From positions 101,726 to 165,725 of the forward strand of contig JAEZRQ010000005.1 of NCBI GenBank assembly GCA_023444045.1: a stretch of DNA of 64,000 bases, in the 5' to 3' direction. This DNA comes from Candidatus Parcubacteria bacterium (GTDB lineage: Bacteria; Patescibacteriota; Patescibacteriia; Patescibacteriales; UBA12465). This document shows positions 47,196 to 55,814 of the stretch, in pieces (position 1 is the stretch's first letter; the number at the start of each line of letters is the position of its first letter). The notes below the pieces were generated by a model that had not been told where the DNA came from, searched no databases, and was given only the letters and a program-made list of their open reading frames with translations. The position numbers and the translations under genes were made by a program.

Positions 47196-48130
47196 ATTTT
47201 TAAAATTTTAACTAAATCCTGATAATTTTCCATTTTAACTATTTGCAAGCGATAAGAAGAAGCCCCTTCTCTTCCTTGAAAATACCAACAAAAATGTTTT
47301 CTCAGTTCAATCATCGCTAACTCTCCTTTGATTTTTTTAAATAACCTAGCGTGTTTCTTAATTAATTTAAATAACTCTCTCTTATTAAAATCAATAATTT
47401 TATTTCTCTTTATTTCTTTAAATAGCCAAGGTCTTCCCAAAACGCCACGAGCCAAACCTAAACCATCAGCTTCTGTTCTTTCTAGAGTGTTTTTTGCTTC
47501 CTCTAAATCATTTATTCCCCCATTTGCTAAAATAATTCCCGAAAAATATTTTCTGGCTTCTTTGATTAGATTATAGTCAATCTCTCCCGTAAAACCTTGT
47601 TTAACAGTTCTGCCGTGAATCATAACAGCTCGAACCGGCAAATCGCTAATCGCCTTAAGAAAATCTAAGGCACCAACACTGCCAGATTTAGCTCTAATTT
47701 TTACTGATACTGGCAAATGGGTATTGCTGCAGACCGCGCTAATAACTTCCCTGGCTTTTGCTAGATTTTGCATTAAATCAGAACCGGCGCCTTGTTTAAT
47801 AACCTTACCGACCGGACAACCAAAGTTAATATCAATTCCGGCTGGTTTTATTTTTTTGGTGACAATTTGTGTGGCTACAGCAAAATGACTCGGCTCAGAA
47901 CCAAAAAGTTGCACCACGTATTTTTTTTCTCGGTAGCGGCTAAACTGTAACAGTTTTAAAGTTTCCCCACTGTTATAAAATAGAGCGGTAGCTGAAGCCA
48001 TTTCACTATAAACAACATCAGCCCCAAAATCTGATACTAACCTTCTAAAGGGAGCATCAGAAAAACCGGCCATGGGCGCCAAGGCTAAAATAGGTTTTTT
48101 GATTTTAGGCCAAAAATTATAGTCTCTCAT
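47192..48130 (-). CDS. dus: tRNA-dihydrouridine synthase
   Basis: LAPMAGFSDAPFR and INFGCPV motifs. ATGA overlap with the tsaB-like gene. Confidence 0.88.
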   Translation of the reverse strand: MRDYNFWPKIKKPILALAPMAGFSDAPFRRLVSDFGADVVYSEMASATALFYNSGETLKLLQFSRYREKKYVVQLFGSEPSHFAVATQIVTKKIKPAGIDINFGCPVGKVIKQGAGSDLMQNLAKAREVISAVCSNTHLPVSVKIRAKSGSVGALDFLKAISDLPVRAVMIHGRTVKQGFTGEIDYNLIKEARKYFSGIILANGGINDLEEAKNTLERTEADGLGLARGVLGRPWLFKEIKRNKIIDFNKRELFKLIKKHARLFKKIKGELAMIELRKHFCWYFQGREGASSYRLQIVKMENYQDLVKILKI

Positions 48131-49528
48131 CTAAATTAAAGTAATCTTCATTCCATTTTTTGTATCTTCAATTGCATACCCTCTCTGCTTAATTTCTTCC
48201 CGCAAACGATCTGACTCATTAAAATCTTTATTATTTCTGGCTGCTTCCCTGGCTAAAACAAGAGTTTTCACCTCAAGTGGTAATTCTTCTAAAGCAATTT
48301 CACTGACAACTAAGTGTTTAGCTTGATTTAAACCTAAACCTAAAACTTTTTCAAAATCTAAAACCGTTGCCAATTTATCCGCGGCTGATAAGTCTGATTT
48401 TAATAAATCTTGAGTGATGGCCAGTGCCTGAGGAATATTTAAATCATCACTGATAGCTACTTTAAAACTATCTCGCCAAAATGCGTTTATCTCACCTAGT
48501 TCATCACCCAAAGCAACAACTTGTTTTAATAAATTATTTAAACCATTTTGTGCTTGATTAAAACTTAATTCAGAATATTCCATTGGTTTACGATAATGTA
48601 CGGAAGCGGCCGCATAACGATAGGCTAGAGGCGATAAGCCTTTTTTAATTAGAGCGTTTTCTATGGTCAAAAAATTATCAGCACTTTTAGACATTTTCTT
48701 GCCACCAGGAATATTTAAAAAAGCACCATGAAGCCAGTAATTAAAAAACTTCTTGGAGGTAGCGGCTTCGCTTTGAGCAATTTCATTAGTGTGGTGAATA
48801 TTAATATGATCCATGCCACCACAATGAATATCTAGTTGATCTTTTAGGAATTTTAAGCTCATCGCTGAGCACTCAATATGCCAACCAGGAAAGCCAATAC
48901 CCCAAGGAGAATCCCATTCCATCTGCCTTTTTTTATCGGCGCCAGAAAATTTCCACAAAGCAAAGTCGGTAGGATTTTTTTTCTCTGGATTTTTTTCTAC
49001 TCTTGCCCCTTCTTCAAGTTCCTCTATTTTTAGGTGGCTTAGTTTGTTATATTCCGGGAATTTATTAGTATTAAAATAAACGCCGTCAGAAGTAACATAG
49101 GTGAATCCTTTCTCTTCTAGCATTTTAATAAGTTCAATTTGTTCCGGGATATTATCGGTGGCCTTACACCAAATGTTTGGTTCTAAAATATTAAGGCTCA
49201 GTAAATCATTTTTAAACGCCACAAAATAAAAATCAGCAATCTCCCAGGCGTTTTTTCCATCACGCGTGGCACCGGCCTCCATCTTATCTTCCCCTAAATC
49301 ACCGTCGCCCACTAAATGTCCAACATCAGTCACATTCATGATGTGCTTCACTTCATAATTATGATAAAGCAAGACCCTCTTGAGCCAATCTTCAAATAAA
49401 TAAGTTCTAAGATTACCAATGTGGGCAAAATTATAAACTGTCGGGCCGCAAGTATACAGACCAACACTATTTGGCTTGATACTTCTAAATTCTTCTTTAG
49501 TTTTAGTAAGGCTATTGTATAAAATCAC
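48131..49528 (-). CDS. cysS: cysteine--tRNA ligase
   Basis: CGPTVYNFAHIGN (HIGH), GWHIEC, KMSKS. Confidence 0.95.
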   Translation of the reverse strand: MILYNSLTKTKEEFRSIKPNSVGLYTCGPTVYNFAHIGNLRTYLFEDWLKRVLLYHNYEVKHIMNVTDVGHLVGDGDLGEDKMEAGATRDGKNAWEIADFYFVAFKNDLLSLNILEPNIWCKATDNIPEQIELIKMLEEKGFTYVTSDGVYFNTNKFPEYNKLSHLKIEELEEGARVEKNPEKKNPTDFALWKFSGADKKRQMEWDSPWGIGFPGWHIECSAMSLKFLKDQLDIHCGGMDHINIHHTNEIAQSEAATSKKFFNYWLHGAFLNIPGGKKMSKSADNFLTIENALIKKGLSPLAYRYAAASVHYRKPMEYSELSFNQAQNGLNNLLKQVVALGDELGEINAFWRDSFKVAISDDLNIPQALAITQDLLKSDLSAADKLATVLDFEKVLGLGLNQAKHLVVSEIALEELPLEVKTLVLAREAARNNKDFNESDRLREEIKQRGYAIEDTKNGMKITLI

Positions 49529-49539
49529 TTGGTTTATAA

Positions 49540-50115
49540 TTAATTATTTAAAAATTTAACTGGGAAAGAAATCATTTTACTATTTTCGGGCAGACCTGAT
49601 GGATTATCATTTTCAATAACTAAATAACCGGAAGTAGCCGTGGTTTGAAATTCTAACAAAGATTCAAAAGGCACAAAATCTTCTGTCATCCAATCACTAG
49701 TCGCATTAGCTGGAGCAACAACAATTAGATTTCCTGATTCATCTAGCAACTTAATTGGTAAGTTAGCTTCAAAAAACCAATATCCAGGCGCCTCCCCTTT
49801 CACAATTAACGGGCTACTAATTAATTCTTCAGTGTTTGGCTGTGATAATGTTGGAACAGCATTATTTTTAATACTATCTACTATTACTTGTTCTTGATCT
49901 TGCCCTTCTAAAATAAATAACTGCTCTTCCTCATCTTTAACTGTCACTGCGACTTCTCCGCAGACTTCTTCAGGAGGAGTAGCTAAAGGATTACCATGGT
50001 TAACCCAAGAACCATTTTCACAAACCCATTTATCTGCTGGCAAAAAGAAACGCAGTGCTAAGGAGGTAATAACAATAATCCCCAAAAAAATAATGGCGAT
50101 TTTTTCTTTATTCAT
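49540..50115 (-). CDS. membrane-anchored secreted protein with Gmad2-like Ig domain
   Basis: N-terminal TM; SSPLIVKGEAPGYWFFEANLPIKLLDESGN...DWMTEDFVPF...NDNPSGLPE resembles the Gmad2 pattern. Assignment is from memory only. Confidence 0.55.
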   Translation of the reverse strand: MNKEKIAIIFLGIIVITSLALRFFLPADKWVCENGSWVNHGNPLATPPEEVCGEVAVTVKDEEEQLFILEGQDQEQVIVDSIKNNAVPTLSQPNTEELISSPLIVKGEAPGYWFFEANLPIKLLDESGNLIVVAPANATSDWMTEDFVPFESLLEFQTTATSGYLVIENDNPSGLPENSKMISFPVKFLNN

Positions 50116-50252
50116 AAATCTAAAATTAACTTATATTTGTCACGTCTGGAATAAGCTTTCTTATTTTTGTGAACTTGTTTAACTGGTGGCTTGGCGCGCT
50201 TAGCTGCTTTAATAATTTTTAGCTCATCGGCCGCTTTTAGTTTAATTTTCAT
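50112..50252 (-). CDS. unannotated 46-aa highly basic ORF
   Basis: My hand translation: MKIKLKAADELKIIKAAKRAKPPVKQVHKNKKAYSRRDKYKLILDL. Its TGA overlaps the ATG of the next gene (ATGA). A TATAAT lies about 25 nt upstream. Below the ORF-track size cut-off. Confidence 0.4.
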   Translation of the reverse strand: MKIKLKAADELKIIKAAKRAKPPVKQVHKNKKAYSRRDKYKLILDL

Positions 50253-50283
50253 AAATCAAAAAGACTGATATTTTTATTATAAC

Positions 50284-50311
50284 CTAAAAATAAAGGCCGG
50301 GAAACCCGGCC
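50284..50311 (-). terminator. intrinsic terminator after folC
   Basis: GGCCGGG, loop TTT, CCCGGCC, then UUUAUUUUU on the minus strand. Confidence 0.8.
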
Positions 50312-50318
50312 TAGGAAA

Positions 50319-51662
50319 TTACTTAATTTTCTTAAACAGTGGCCTAAGCTCGCCGGAGAGAAACATTGAACCGGTAACTAAGATCAAATCACCACTCTTA
50401 GCCTGGGAACGGGTCCAGTTAAGGGCATTTTTAGGGTCTAAGAAAGAAGAAGCCGCTATCTTACTATCAATTTTTAAAGCCGCGCTAATTAATTTTTTAG
50501 GGTCGGCAGTCTTTCTAAAAATATTTTTTGTAAACCTGGTACAAGAAAGGCTTTTTGGCTTCAAATTCATAAGTTCCTTTAGAAAAGTGGAGTGATCTTT
50601 GTTATCCGAAAAACCAACTAAGAGATGTAGATTTTTATATTTATTCTTTAAGTTCTTAATACCAATAATAGTAGACTTAACTTTATCAGCATTATGAGCG
50701 CCATCTAAAATAATATAAGGGTTGGCACTAACCATCTCAAAACGAATTGGAAATTCGGTATTTAAAAGACCATTCTTTATGGCTTTTTGGCTGAGACCAA
50801 TTTTTGAAGCAGCCGCAATTGCTAATTTAGCATTAGCAATCTGATGATAACCTAGGTTATTAAGGTGATATTTTCTGCCGCCCTCTTCAAAGCTAATCCC
50901 CTGCCAATCTAAAACTACTTTTTCTTTCTTAGTATCGCCGTATCTATCAGTTACTACTTCGGTAAAAGAAGCTGCTCTCTTTTTAGAAGCTGCTTTTTTA
51001 ATAATTTCAACCAACTTAGGATTATGTTCGGCGGTCAAAACATGACAACCTTTAGTGATAATACCAGCTTTATTCTCAGCAATTTTTTCTTTTGTGTTCC
51101 CCAAAATACTAATGTGATCTAAACCAATGTTTGTGATAATAGCCAGATCCTTATGAGGAATGACGTTAGTGCTATCATTTTTGCCACCACAACTCACTTC
51201 CATAACCGCATAGTCAACTTGATGCTTAGCAAAATAGTACAGGGCAACAACCGTATTTAAGCTGACCATTGAGGGAAAGGTAAATTTGGCTTCATGAATA
51301 TATTTATCCCAAACCGGTTTTAAATCAGTTACCATTTGAACAAATTCCTTCTCCGACATGGAACGGTTATTAATTTGCCATCTTTCAGTAATTACCGTCG
51401 GATGAGGCGAAGTCACTAAACCAACCTTAAACCCTTGAGCCTTGAGCATTTGACTAATGATGGTAGATACTGACCCCTTACCACTAGTCCCGGTTACATG
51501 AACAAAGTGGGGTATTTTAAACTCTGGGCTACCGGCCATTTTTAACATCAACCTGACACTTTTTAAAATAGTCGGGGTATTCTGCCAATTTCCCTTACCG
51601 TTATATTGGCGAGGCAAATTATGAAGTGAGTCAAAATACTCGTAAGCTTCTTGATATGTCAT
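50319..51662 (-). CDS. folC: folylpolyglutamate synthase/dihydrofolate synthase (Mur-ligase family)
   Basis: HVTGTSGKGS P-loop, TNIGLDH, DGAHN. Confidence 0.85.
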   Translation of the reverse strand: MTYQEAYEYFDSLHNLPRQYNGKGNWQNTPTILKSVRLMLKMAGSPEFKIPHFVHVTGTSGKGSVSTIISQMLKAQGFKVGLVTSPHPTVITERWQINNRSMSEKEFVQMVTDLKPVWDKYIHEAKFTFPSMVSLNTVVALYYFAKHQVDYAVMEVSCGGKNDSTNVIPHKDLAIITNIGLDHISILGNTKEKIAENKAGIITKGCHVLTAEHNPKLVEIIKKAASKKRAASFTEVVTDRYGDTKKEKVVLDWQGISFEEGGRKYHLNNLGYHQIANAKLAIAAASKIGLSQKAIKNGLLNTEFPIRFEMVSANPYIILDGAHNADKVKSTIIGIKNLKNKYKNLHLLVGFSDNKDHSTFLKELMNLKPKSLSCTRFTKNIFRKTADPKKLISAALKIDSKIAASSFLDPKNALNWTRSQAKSGDLILVTGSMFLSGELRPLFKKIK

Positions 51663-51704
51663 AAACTTTTTTTCTGGATGAAAATATTAAAGATATTAAA
51701 GACC

Positions 51705-52052
51705 TTACTCTTGGTCGTCTTTTAACAAATAATTTGTTAAAAGCGAACCGAGCCATAAGAAGATAGATAAAATAATTGCTGTTCCAAAACCGCCAACTTC
51801 AAAACCCTTAGCAAAAGAAGCAACAAATAAAACCATTAAACCATTTACAACTAAAGTGAAAAGACCCAGAGTTAGAATATTAATCGGTAAAGTAAGAACC
51901 AAGATAATTGGCCTTATTAGAGCATTAACTAAACCTAAAATAACGGCCGTAATTAAAGCCGCATAGAAACCAGACACCTCCACTCCGCTTATTACATAAG
52001 GGGCTATTAGTAAAAAAATAGCATTAAGTAATAATCGAACAATTAATTTCAT
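51705..52052 (-). CDS. DUF360/YvlD-type (phage-holin-4 superfamily) membrane protein
   Basis: 115 aa, 4 TM, LVNALIRPIILVLTLPINILTLGLF core. Confidence 0.7.
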   Translation of the reverse strand: MKLIVRLLLNAIFLLIAPYVISGVEVSGFYAALITAVILGLVNALIRPIILVLTLPINILTLGLFTLVVNGLMVLFVASFAKGFEVGGFGTAIILSIFLWLGSLLTNYLLKDDQE

Positions 52053-52204
52053 AAATTTTGATTAAGTAATTGACACCCTTATTTTATCATTTTTAAGAAT
52101 GAAAATTAAGGTGTTTGGTTAAACTGAGGTTAACACCTCATTTAAAAAAACCTGGTGTCATAATAGCGGATTTTTTTATTTTTTACAATAGTCAGGCAAC
52201 TTCC

Positions 52205-54037
52205 TTAAGGATGCCAAACTTCCATCACACAACGCTGACAATCAAACTTCAAAAGGTACTTTTTACCGCCATAAAGCAAGTAAAGCGGTGTCTTAAAATT
52301 TTTAGTCTGAGAATCTTTTACAAGGCAAGCACCTAAGTAATTAAGTAAACAGTGTTTAGTGGTCATCAGCTTTTTTCCGCGGGCGCTATTTTGTAACTCA
52401 ATGGCCTGTTCGGTAACCGCTGCCCCATGACGTTGATAAAAAGAAATGGCTAAATCATTAGCAACATTATAACTGTAATCCAAATTTTTGACTGGATATT
52501 GGTGAGTGGTTTTTTTGATAATTGATTCCTGCCCTTGGTAACTATTTTTCCTTTTTAAGTACAAAGTTTCTAGTAAATCACGGCGCCAATCATTTAAAAA
52601 ACTAATAGGGATAAAAAGAGGTTTTAGCCACTTAAATTTTATTTCTTCAACTTTAAAAATTGTCTCACCGCTTTTAGAAAGTTGCCCGCGCCAATTATTT
52701 AAAGCTTGCTCTTCTTTCTCAGCAATTTGCTTTTCAAACTCTTTGATAATTTCCACTGCATTATTATCTTCATCCACCGCTTTTAGAAGTAGTCCTTTAT
52801 CATTCTCTTCAACTTGAATAGTGGCACTGATAAATCTAGAAGCACCATTTAAAACTTCTTTTTCAAAAGTTTGATCCTGATTACAATAAACTAAGGTTCC
52901 TGGTTTAAGAGGAATCCATTTATTGGGATATATTTTTTCACCATCAATTAAATTAATATTAGTACCACACAAACCGCCGCGGGGATTAAGCCAACAGAGG
53001 CCATCACCATTTTTTAGCTTAAGCGGTTTATCCAAAACAAAATAACGATGATCGACCCGCTTGACTTTACCAACATATTTTCCCAGTGATTTCTGATGCT
53101 CGGAAGAAATTACTTCTTCCTTTCTGCCATTTAAAAAATATTCGGTGTAGCCACGATTAAAAGTCTTAGCTAAATCTGGTTTAAATTTTAACTCTGTTTT
53201 TCCAGAAGAAGCTTTAAGGTAAAGGCCATTGCTTTCAGAAATTATTTTATTTAATTCCTCGCGGTATCTAGCCACAACATTAGTTACATAAATCTGGTCC
53301 TTTAGGCGTCCCTCAATTTTAAACGAAGTAATCCCCGCTTCAATTAATTGCGGTAACTGGTTTATTAGGTTTAAGTCTTTAGTTGAAAGTAAATACTTAT
53401 CTTTAATAATTTCCTTACCATCACCATCAACTAAAGAAAATGGTAGGCGGCAAACTTGTTGGCAAACGCCACGATTAGCACTACGACCAGAAAGAGCTTG
53501 ACTAAAATAACAGCGCCCTGAATAAGAAACACATAAAGAACCATGGACAAAAGACTCTAGCTCTATTTTGGTTTGCTCTCTTATTTTAGTAATTTCTGGC
53601 AAACTCAGTTCTCTAGCCAAAACAACTCTAGATATTCCAACCTTCTCTAGAAATTTAAGATGCTCTATATCATAATTATTAGTCTGCGTACTGGCGTGAA
53701 TTTTAATTGGCGGCAGGTCCATTTCTAAAATTCCCATGTCTTGAATAATAATGGCATCTACTCCCAGATCATAAGCTTGCCAAATAGCTTTTTTAACTAG
53801 CTCTGTTTCTTCATTATAAAAAATAGTATTAAGAGTGAGATAAACTTTGGCATAATAACTATGAGCGAAATCAACTAAAGTTTTAATATCAGTCCAAGAA
53901 TTGCCAGCGGCTGCCCGAGCACCGAAAGCAGGACCACCGATATAAACAGCATCCGCCCCCGCCAAAATAGCCGCTTTACCTATTTCTAAATTACGAGCCG
54001 GAGCCAGTAATTCTAATTTAATTTTATTTTTATTCAT
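52205..54037 (-). CDS. U32-family peptidase-like protein, long form
   Basis: ELLAPA, DAVYIGG, ESFVHGSLCVSYSGRCYFS U32 signature; long C-terminal extension. Confidence 0.88.
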   Translation of the reverse strand: MNKNKIKLELLAPARNLEIGKAAILAGADAVYIGGPAFGARAAAGNSWTDIKTLVDFAHSYYAKVYLTLNTIFYNEETELVKKAIWQAYDLGVDAIIIQDMGILEMDLPPIKIHASTQTNNYDIEHLKFLEKVGISRVVLARELSLPEITKIREQTKIELESFVHGSLCVSYSGRCYFSQALSGRSANRGVCQQVCRLPFSLVDGDGKEIIKDKYLLSTKDLNLINQLPQLIEAGITSFKIEGRLKDQIYVTNVVARYREELNKIISESNGLYLKASSGKTELKFKPDLAKTFNRGYTEYFLNGRKEEVISSEHQKSLGKYVGKVKRVDHRYFVLDKPLKLKNGDGLCWLNPRGGLCGTNINLIDGEKIYPNKWIPLKPGTLVYCNQDQTFEKEVLNGASRFISATIQVEENDKGLLLKAVDEDNNAVEIIKEFEKQIAEKEEQALNNWRGQLSKSGETIFKVEEIKFKWLKPLFIPISFLNDWRRDLLETLYLKRKNSYQGQESIIKKTTHQYPVKNLDYSYNVANDLAISFYQRHGAAVTEQAIELQNSARGKKLMTTKHCLLNYLGACLVKDSQTKNFKTPLYLLYGGKKYLLKFDCQRCVMEVWHP

Positions 54038-54127
54038 GCCTTAATATTAGAGGCTTTAGTCTTAAAAAGCAAACAAAAAAAGCCTTACTATTTCAGCAAG
54101 ACTTTCTTTTAATTGTTTCCCAAATTG

Positions 54128-54637
54128 TTAGTCTTTTGGGAAAAAGCCCATTGCAAATTCCAGTTTATCTATATCATTGACAAAATTTCCCAGGTATTTA
54201 CAGCGGAAAGGTTTGTCATAGATGTTCTCTGGTGGGTCGGGTTTGAGGTGAATCGTTTCGCCAACTGATTTGGCGATTAACTCATGCTCAGCTTCTTTTT
54301 CATAGTAGTACTTCATAAATAAGCCAAGAGCCCTCTTATCCTCATCAACATCATTGTGAGGATAGTTTTCCCGTAAAAACCGACGGGCTTCAACCTCACA
54401 CCGTGATTCTGAACGAGCGCAGTCTTTCAACCAACTCATAAAATCAACTCCGATAATGGTTTTGATTTCCCGATTTTTTTGTTGTAAAAAAACCAAATCA
54501 TCGCCCTTGATATCCTTGATGATTTCCAGTTTTTCATTAACAACCTGGAAATCAGGCAAAGCTTTTTCCAACCAAGGGTTGAAATTAATACCAAACAATC
54601 TTTGACAGATCATGTCTGCCTTTTGCATCTTTGTCAT
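54128..54637 (-). CDS. hypothetical 169-aa protein (by eye GC-richer, strong SD)
   Basis: ORF preceded by AGGAGG (54650-54645) with a 7-nt spacer; followed by a hairpin plus T-run. No recognised motif. Confidence 0.55.
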   Translation of the reverse strand: MTKMQKADMICQRLFGINFNPWLEKALPDFQVVNEKLEIIKDIKGDDLVFLQQKNREIKTIIGVDFMSWLKDCARSESRCEVEARRFLRENYPHNDVDEDKRALGLFMKYYYEKEAEHELIAKSVGETIHLKPDPPENIYDKPFRCKYLGNFVNDIDKLEFAMGFFPKD

Positions 54638-54738
54638 AAGCGAACCTCCTTATTTTAAAAAATGTTAAATAACTAAAAAAATTATATCCAAATTTAACCA
54701 CCTAAGACTAATTGTGTCAAGGAGATTAAATTATCTTA

Positions 54739-55107
54739 CTAAAAATCTTGTAAAACTGCCCTTTTCTCCCTTAATTCTTCTAAATTATTACAGAAATAAT
54801 CTAGCCCCTTAGAAGGGTTAAGTTCTCCGCTGCGATATTGCCGCTCTACCATTTCATAAGCTTCTAAGAATAACTTATCCTGATCAATGCGGTAGCCGGT
54901 TCTTTTAGTTATTTTATCCAATAAATCATCTAGCCTATTTTGCCAACGGTTACTTTTTTCTTTATCATCCAGCTCCCCACTTAAAAATGCAAAAAAGTCA
55001 CCACCATTATCTAAGTGGTCTGAAATAAATTTACTAATTTCAGAAACGCTTTTTTGCCAATTAACTTCATTTTTATCATACCCCTTCTCAAAAGAATTGA
55101 AGCTCAT
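54739..55107 (-). CDS. hypothetical 122-aa protein
   Basis: Track ORF 54739..55251 trimmed to ATG at 55107, because codons 1-48 read through the tRNA-Leu gene. Confidence 0.5.
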   Translation of the reverse strand: MSFNSFEKGYDKNEVNWQKSVSEISKFISDHLDNGGDFFAFLSGELDDKEKSNRWQNRLDDLLDKITKRTGYRIDQDKLFLEAYEMVERQYRSGELNPSKGLDYFCNNLEELREKRAVLQDF

Positions 55108-55128
55108 AAACTTAAAATTAATTATAAG

Positions 55129-55212
55129 TGCCCGAAGAGGGACTTGAACCCTCATGGGATTACTCCCACAGCGACCTGAACGCTGCGTGTCTGCCAATTT
55201 CACCATCCGGGC
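55129..55212 (-). tRNA. tRNA-Leu (anticodon CAG), class II long variable arm, no encoded CCA
   Basis: Reverse complement: GCCCGGA TG GTGAAATTGGCAGACAC G CAGCG TTCAGGT CGCTG TGGGAGTAATCCCAT GAGGG TTCAAGT CCCTC TTCGGGC A. 7-bp acceptor stem (one GU pair), 5-bp anticodon and T stems. Confidence 0.9.
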
Positions 55213-55253
55213 GGATATTATAATACTGCTACAATTTTCATTAATTATCAAGC

Positions 55254-55811
55254 TTAAGACAGGCGAAACTTTTCAAGAGCCCCACGAAGACTTTTAAAAT
55301 CAGGTAAACTTTCTGCCACTAAATTCCAGAAACGAACTGAGTGATTCATTTCTTTAAGATGACATAATTCATGAACAACAACATAATCTAACAATTTTTC
55401 TGGTAGCAACACCAAACGATAATTAAAATTAAGGGTGCCGGCTTTAGAACAACTTCCCCAACGAGTTTTTTGATTACGAATACAGATTCTCTGGTATTTT
55501 AAATTATAATGCTGATTAAAAAATTCTAAACGGGAAATAATAATTTTAGCAGCCTTCTTTTTTAAAACAGCTAATTCCTCTTTTTTTATTTTAGGAAAGA
55601 CGACAGCATCCTGATGTTTGCTTAAATTTTTTAAAATCCAAAGTGACTGCTTTTTAATAAATTTCTCTGTAAATAAATTGGAAATAAAAAAAGGCTTTAC
55701 CACTATTAAACCAGAAGCGCCGACCTCTAAACGCAAAGTTCTAGCCTTATAACTTGTCTTAAGACTATAAGAGATATTTTGTTCTCCTAATTTAATTTCC
55801 TTCGTTTCCAT
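55254..55811 (-). CDS. YgjP-like (DUF45) zinc metallohydrolase
   Basis: WGSCS...NFNYRL...DYVVVHELCHLKEMNHSVRFW, an HExxH-containing DUF45 signature. Confidence 0.8.
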   Translation of the reverse strand: METKEIKLGEQNISYSLKTSYKARTLRLEVGASGLIVVKPFFISNLFTEKFIKKQSLWILKNLSKHQDAVVFPKIKKEELAVLKKKAAKIIISRLEFFNQHYNLKYQRICIRNQKTRWGSCSKAGTLNFNYRLVLLPEKLLDYVVVHELCHLKEMNHSVRFWNLVAESLPDFKSLRGALEKFRLS

Positions 55812-55814
55812 TTA

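Noticed and set aside
52070-52336. Plus-strand TTGACA box (52070-52075) and the 73-aa + ORF antisense to the U32 gene 3' end
   Set aside because: The -10 partner is poor (TTAAGA/AAGAAT) and the ORF is low-complexity. The local hairpin is better explained as the minus-strand terminator of the U32 gene.
54038-55128. Integrated mobile element at the tRNA-Leu 3' end
   Set aside because: There is no integrase, and I could find no duplicate of the tRNA 3' segment (tgcccgaagagggacttgaacc) downstream. It is kept only as a weak 'remnant' hypothesis in the findings.
55108-55251. N-terminal 48 codons of the 170-aa track ORF (MIINENCSSIIISARMVKLADTQRSGRCGSNPMRVQVPLRALIINFKF)
   Set aside because: This stretch is the same-strand translation of the tRNA-Leu gene and its flanks. 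The CDS most likely starts at ATG 55107.
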